DNA of 64,000 nucleotides from Leucoraja ocellata. Its lineage: Eukaryota. The position numbers were made by a program, and so were the translations under genes. Under the pieces are notes generated by a model. The model worked only from the letters and a program-made list of their open reading frames with translations. It was not told the DNA's origin and did no database searches. The stretch covers positions 1,550,001-1,614,000 of the forward strand of contig JAWMAR010000044.1 of assembly GCA_036785375.1 (NCBI GenBank), written 5' to 3'. Below, in pieces: positions 59,536-64,000 of this stretch; position 1 is the stretch's first letter; every line of letters starts with the position of its first letter.

Positions 59536-59896
59536 CATCTGTTTGACTTCCGTGCTTTTCGATTTACACGCTGCTTTTCCACTGCGTAACCCCTTTGTGA
59601 AACGCAAAGTGCCTGTACTTTACATTGAAACAAGAACAGCCTTGCCTATGAACTCTTCCCAAGTTAGCTGTGTGAGACGCTGCCAATGGTGGCAGCAATA
59701 TCATGTGCACTGTCTCTGAAATTCATTCGCTGAAGCTAACGGAACAGATGTTGAAGTTCAGTAAAACCCTATGAATTTCTAAATATTTAAATCTGAGTTC
59801 AATGTATGTCACACGTTGTAATTAACCTTTGTGGTATTAACTCAGTTAAACTGCAAGTTTTCCCATTGAGTGTTGTTTAACTTTGTGAATCCCCAG

Positions 59897-59997
59897 CTTG
59901 CAGTTGTTCACCATGTGGGACTGAATCTTGTGATGCGCGCACTGGTGAGTGTGAATGCAAGGCCGGGGTGACGGGGCCACAGTGTGACCAGTGTAAG
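59897..59997 (+). CDS. LAMA5: LAMA5 coding exon 24 (LEc)
   Basis: ccccag| (P)CSCSPCGTESCDARTGECECKAGVTGPQCDQCK |gtaagc; 101 nt, phase 1->0. Confidence 0.95.
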
Positions 59998-60414
59998 GTA
60001 AGCAAAGCTTGGTTCATTCCGCTTGGACATTGCATATTATGGAAGGAGTGGCCCATTTCCCTCAAATCCCTGCATCCCGATGTTAGTCCTTCTCTGTTGC
60101 GCTGTCGGCAATTAATCCTCATCGATCAGCTTGCTCTGGACCCAGAAATGGCTCAAGGAAAATCTGGGCTTTGGAAGCCATTTCACTGCGCGGCGAGCCA
60201 ACATGTCTGTGTGGTCCTTCCTCTTGGAAACTTGGGCAAAGCCGGGAGTACATCGAGACTCTCTCCCCAATATGCCAAGTGTCTTGCCAACATTCAATAT
60301 TTGCTAGCTGAAGGCAGGCGTGAGCTGAGGAGGATGGATGCTGGTTGAGGGGTGATTGCAGGAGAACACAATGCAGTTTATGCTGCTGCTTAGCCGTCAG
60401 GGGAAACATATTTA

Positions 60415-61570
60415 CTGAGTCTTAGAGTCTTATGGCGTGAAAACAGTCCCTGCGGCCCAACTTGCCCACACCAACCAACATGTCCCATCTACACTAGTCC
60501 CACCTGCCTGTGTTTGGCCCACATCCCTCAAACCCTGTCCTACCCATGTACCTGTCTAAATGTTTCTTAAGACATGCGATAGTACCTGTCCCAACTACTT
60601 CCTCCAGCAGCTCATTCCATACACCCACCGCCCTTTCTCTGAAAAAGCTACTCCTCATGTTCCTATTAATACTCCGACCCCCCCCCCCTCCAACTCCCAG
60701 CTTAAACCTATGTCCCCTGGTTCTCAATTCCCCTCTTCTGGGCAAGAGATTCTGTGCGTCTACCCGATCTACTCTCATGTTTTTGTACACCTCTAAAAGA
60801 TCGCCCCTCATTCTCCTGTGCTGCAAGGAATCGGGTTCTAGCCTGCCCTACCTCTCCCGATGCCCTCGAGTCCTGACAACACCCTCGTAAATCTTCTCTT
60901 CACCCTTTCAAGCTGGACAACATCTTTCCTATAACATGATTCCCCAAACAGAACATAATACTCTAAATGTGGCCTCACCAAGATCTTCTAAACTGCAATA
61001 TTACTTCTCAACCCCTATACTTAATACTCCGACTGATGAAGGCCAATATGACAAAAGCCTCTTTGACCACCTTATCTACCTGTGGTGCCACTTCCAACAA
61101 ACTATGTACCTGCACTCCTAGATCCCTCTGCACTACAACACTCCCCAGAGCCCTACCTTTCACTGTGTAATCCTAGTTAGTTTTCCGAAAATGCCACACC
61201 TCACATTTCTCAGTATTAAAGTCCATCAACCATTCCAACCGATCCAGATCCTGCTGCAATTTTTGACAACCATCTTCACTATCTGCCAAACCACCCACTT
61301 TTGCGTTATCTGCAATCTTGCTAATCATGCAATGTACGTTCTCATCCAAATCATTGATATAGATGACAAACAGCCATGGGCCCAGCACCAAACCCTGAGG
61401 CACAGGCCTCCAGTCCAAAAGGCAATCTTCCACCATCAACCTCTGCTTCCTTCAATGAAACCAATTTTTTATTCATTCAGCCATCTCTCCTTGGATCCCA
61501 TGGGATTTAATCTCCCAGAGCAGCCTACCATGTGGAACCTTGTCGGATGCCTTGCTGAAATCCACATACA
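60415..61570 (-). mobile_element. CR1/HER1-like LINE RT and 3' fragment
   Basis: VPQGLVLGPWLFVIYINDLD..ISKIADNAKVGG..; RRMRGDLLEVYK..RTRGHRFK. Confidence 0.88.
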
Positions 61571-61801
61571 CAACACGTTCAGGTAGATGGATAGGAAAGG
61601 TTCAGGGGATGTGGGCCAAACGCAGGCTGACGGGACAAGCTTAGATGGGGCATCTTGGTTGACGTGGATGAGTTGGGCAGAAGGGTCTGTGCTGTATCAC
61701 TCAATGAAGACCAATGGTTGGTTTGTTTGCAACACACCAGTCAGTTTTGCTTCCAAAACCAGCGTGCCACTGCTGCCGTCTCATGTATTTTTTCTCTGCA
61801 G

Positions 61802-61982
61802 ATTGGATATTATGGATACGGAAGCTGCACTGGCTGCCAGAGGTGTTCCTGTGATGTGGCTTCTCAGAATGAAATCTGTGACTCCCAAAGTGGCCAGTGT
61901 CCTTGCTTACCCGGGGTATCCGGTCGCCAGTGCCAGCGGTGTGCCCCCGGGTATTGGCGCTTCAGTCCAAGCGGTTGCCAGA
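61802..61982 (+). CDS. LAMA5: LAMA5 coding exon 25 (LEc)
   Basis: ctgcag| IGYYGYGSCTGCQRCSCDVASQNEICDSQSGQCPCLPGVSGRQCQRCAPGYWRFSPSGCQ |gtaagt; 181 nt, phase 0->1. Confidence 0.95.
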
Positions 61983-62502
61983 GTAAGTGGGTGCAAGCAG
62001 AGGGGACCGAGGAAGGCCCAACATATCATCTGTTCGTTTATGTTCTCGTTCACTGAAGTGCTGCATCAGTCCGGCTTTTAAAAAAAAACACAAAGGACAA
62101 CACAAAATGCTGTAGTAACACGACGGGTCAGGCAGCATCCCTGAGGGATATTTAGAGTTGATGTATAAAGTCGGGACCCTTCTTCAGACTAAGTTTCTCC
62201 AGTACTTTGTGTTGTACTCAAGATTCCAGCATTTACAGTTTCCTCGTGTCTCCAGGTTTTTTTTAACTAAGTGTGCTACTGTTGGAGCTACCTTCTCTGC
62301 CACACCGGGTACATTCCCCAGTCCTCCCTGCTGTCTACAATCTTGGGTTATAATTCCAAATTGTGCATCATTTTATCCATTTGATTTTTCCTGGAAATGG
62401 TTCAAATTGAACAAGATTACAGAGGCGTTGACAGGTGGGATGGTGAGAATGTGTTTTCTTTGCTTGGGGAGTCTATGACTAGGGAAAACTGGATCAGTTC
62501 CA

Positions 62503-62665
62503 CTTGCTCCCTCTCTCTTTTGTGCTCTCTCTTTCATGCCATCTCCCTTTTGTGCTCTTTCATGCTCTTTCTCCCTTTTGCGCGCTCTCTCTCTCTTGCA
62601 CTCTCTCCCTCTCTGCCCCTTTTGCGCACTCTCTCCTTCTCTTGCTCTCTCTCGCTCTCCCCACC
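62503..62665. repeat. CT-rich low-complexity repeat
   Basis: Degenerate (CT)n with recurring ccttttg(t/c)gc. Confidence 0.8.
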
Positions 62666-62986
62666 CACACCTGTTTAGGACTGGGAAGATGAGATTTTTC
62701 TGCAAGTAGCATTGTACTCTCCATCACTGGGAGCTGTGGATCAGGGCAGTGTTTTGAACAATGACGGTCCACGCCAGCCCCCGTAATGGTCCATGCACAT
62801 TAATGGCCCCATGTCACTGCCAGCAAAAGCCCTCATTCCGATATTCTGGATTGTAGCCTTCCCATTTCCATCAGCAGAACAAGGGTTTGGAATTTCCATT
62901 TTATGTTCTTTCAAGGCAGTGAAGGAATAATGTCACAACTAAAACTTTGAGATGTTTTGACTAAATGTAATTTAATTTTACTCCAG

Positions 62987-63130
62987 GATGCGTCTGCAAT
63001 GGGGGGCCGTGTAACCCGTGGACTGGAGCGTGCGTGTGCAACAACGGCTTGTCGGGCAGGCAATGCGATACCTGTTTGAAATTGAATGAGGTTCCTGTCG
63101 TCAATGGTCTCTATTCCACGAAGTGTGAGC
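62987..63130 (+). CDS. LAMA5: LAMA5 coding exon 26 (last LEc)
   Basis: ctccag| (R)CVCNGGPCNPWTGACVCNNGLSGRQCDTCLKLNEVPVVNGLYSTKCE |gtgagt; 144 nt, phase 1->1. Confidence 0.94.
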
Positions 63131-63214
63131 GTGAGTGGCTTTGCGTTATCTTTTCTCTTCAAAACTTTTCACCTCAAGCGACAAGGGGTAAAACCTAATC
63201 GTTCTTTGATGCAG

Positions 63215-63366
63215 CTTGTGATAGTTGCATCGTAGTTCTTTTGGAAGATCTGAATCGGACGGCAGCCGTGCTGCCAGAAATCAGGGAGCAGCTTTCAAAT
63301 ATCACCGCCAGTTCCATCGTGTGGAAGCGAATGAATGCCTTGAACGACAGCTTGGGGCAGCTGGAG
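63215..63366 (+). CDS. LAMA5: LAMA5 coding exon 27 (start of coiled coil)
   Basis: atgcag| (P)CDSCIVVLLEDLNRTAAVLPEIREQLSNITASSIVWKRMNALNDSLGQLE |gtgagt; 152 nt, phase 1->0. Confidence 0.94.
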
Positions 63367-63409
63367 GTGAGTCACACTGTGTGGATGTATGTCTGAGCCC
63401 CATAGGAAT

Positions 63410-63790
63410 AACACAGTGCCTTACAGTGTCAGACACCCGGGTTTGATCCTGACTACGGGTGCTGCCTGCACAAAGTTTGTACATTCTCCCTGTGACCCGC
63501 ATTGGTTTTCCCCGGGTGCTCCGGTTTCCTCCCACACTCCAAAGACATACTTTATTTTGTTTTTTAGTCCGAGGGAGGTGAATCTGTGGAAATCATTGCC
63601 ACAGACAGCTGTGGAAGCCAAGTTAATGGGTATTTTTTAATGCGGAGATAGACAGATTCTGGAATAGTGAGGTTGTCAGGGGCTATGGGGAGGAGGAGAT
63701 TGGGGTTGCGAGGGAAAGATAGATCAGCCATGATTGAATGGTGGAATAGTTTTGATGGGCCAAACAGCCTCATTCTGTTCCTGCAACTTG
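63410..63790 (+). mobile_element. HE1-like SINE 5' part joined to a CR1 3' fragment
   Basis: cccgggtttgatcctgactacggg..cccacactccaaagac, then gtgaatctgtggaaatcattgccacag..gatcagccatgattgaatgg. Confidence 0.75.
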
Positions 63791-64000
63791 TGAACTTCCT
63801 TCTCTGAACCTTGCGGACCAGTAGCGAAGAAATAAATCCTCAATATGGTAATTGTACCATTGATTTTCCCAGCCGCGATATCAAACTCTTCCGATTTATA
63901 TTTTGGCATATCTTCCCTCTGCGTGAATAACCCATCTACTTTGCAAGTGTAGATGGACACAAAAAGCTGGAGTAACTCAGCGGGGCAGGGAGCATCTCTG

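Larger units (their letters stand above)
164..63366 (+). other. LAMA5: Laminin subunit alpha-5 gene, internal portion (27 coding exons, 3900 nt, 1300 codons; 5' and 3' ends outside window)
   Basis: Exons splice in frame with GT-AG junctions. The peptide follows laminin alpha-5 order: [52 protein letters not shown] repeats, L4b (VSSYGG..RPDVILKGNQM), [14 protein letters not shown], a long LEc array, then CDSCIVVLLEDL at the coiled-coil start. Confidence 0.95.

Noticed and set aside
62373-62772. Charged ERA-repeat proteins on the minus strand
   Set aside because: Translation artefact of a CT-rich low-complexity tract.
164-63366. Alternative identity as LAMA3 (alpha-3B) or LAMA1/2
   Set aside because: The long LE array after L4b and motifs such as [29 protein letters not shown] and GHANASFCPHGYGCR fit alpha-5. 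Alpha-3B has a shorter LE stretch there, and alpha-1/2 lack the large L4a region.
1127-63999. CRISPR-like array from recurring ~30-nt motifs (CTGAAGAAGGG..GAAACGTC)
   Set aside because: Copies are dispersed, in both orientations and irregularly spaced in a eukaryotic gene; they are retroelement tails.

Overview
Eukaryotic (vertebrate) genomic DNA, most likely from an elasmobranch such as a skate or ray, judging by HE1-like V-SINEs, HER1/CR1 LINE ends and abundant Penelope fragments. The whole window lies inside one + strand gene, laminin subunit alpha-5 (LAMA5). I traced 27 consecutive GT-AG coding exons by hand (164..63366). Their phases are compatible and they join into 3900 nt / 1300 codons with no stop, covering domain L4a/IVb, the LEb EGF-like repeats, L4b/IVa, the LEc repeats and the start of the coiled coil. 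The start and stop codons lie outside the window. The introns are dense with retroelements. The most notable are (1) a full-length but coding-decayed DIRS1-type tyrosine-recombinase retrotransposon (5601..10338) with inverted termini, an internal complementary region and an ATT integration signature, and (2) many Penelope terminal repeats carrying a minimal hammerhead-ribozyme motif (CTGAAGA-A-stem II-GAAACGTC). Several of the latter form ~150-240 bp palindromic units with ~15 bp target-site duplications. CR1, Rex1/Babar-like LINE fragments, a Tigger-like MITE, a Deu-SINE-like remnant, microsatellites and one assembly gap make up the rest. Family and orthologue assignments come from motif recognition from memory, not database searches. 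Repeat boundaries are approximate unless a TSD is given.
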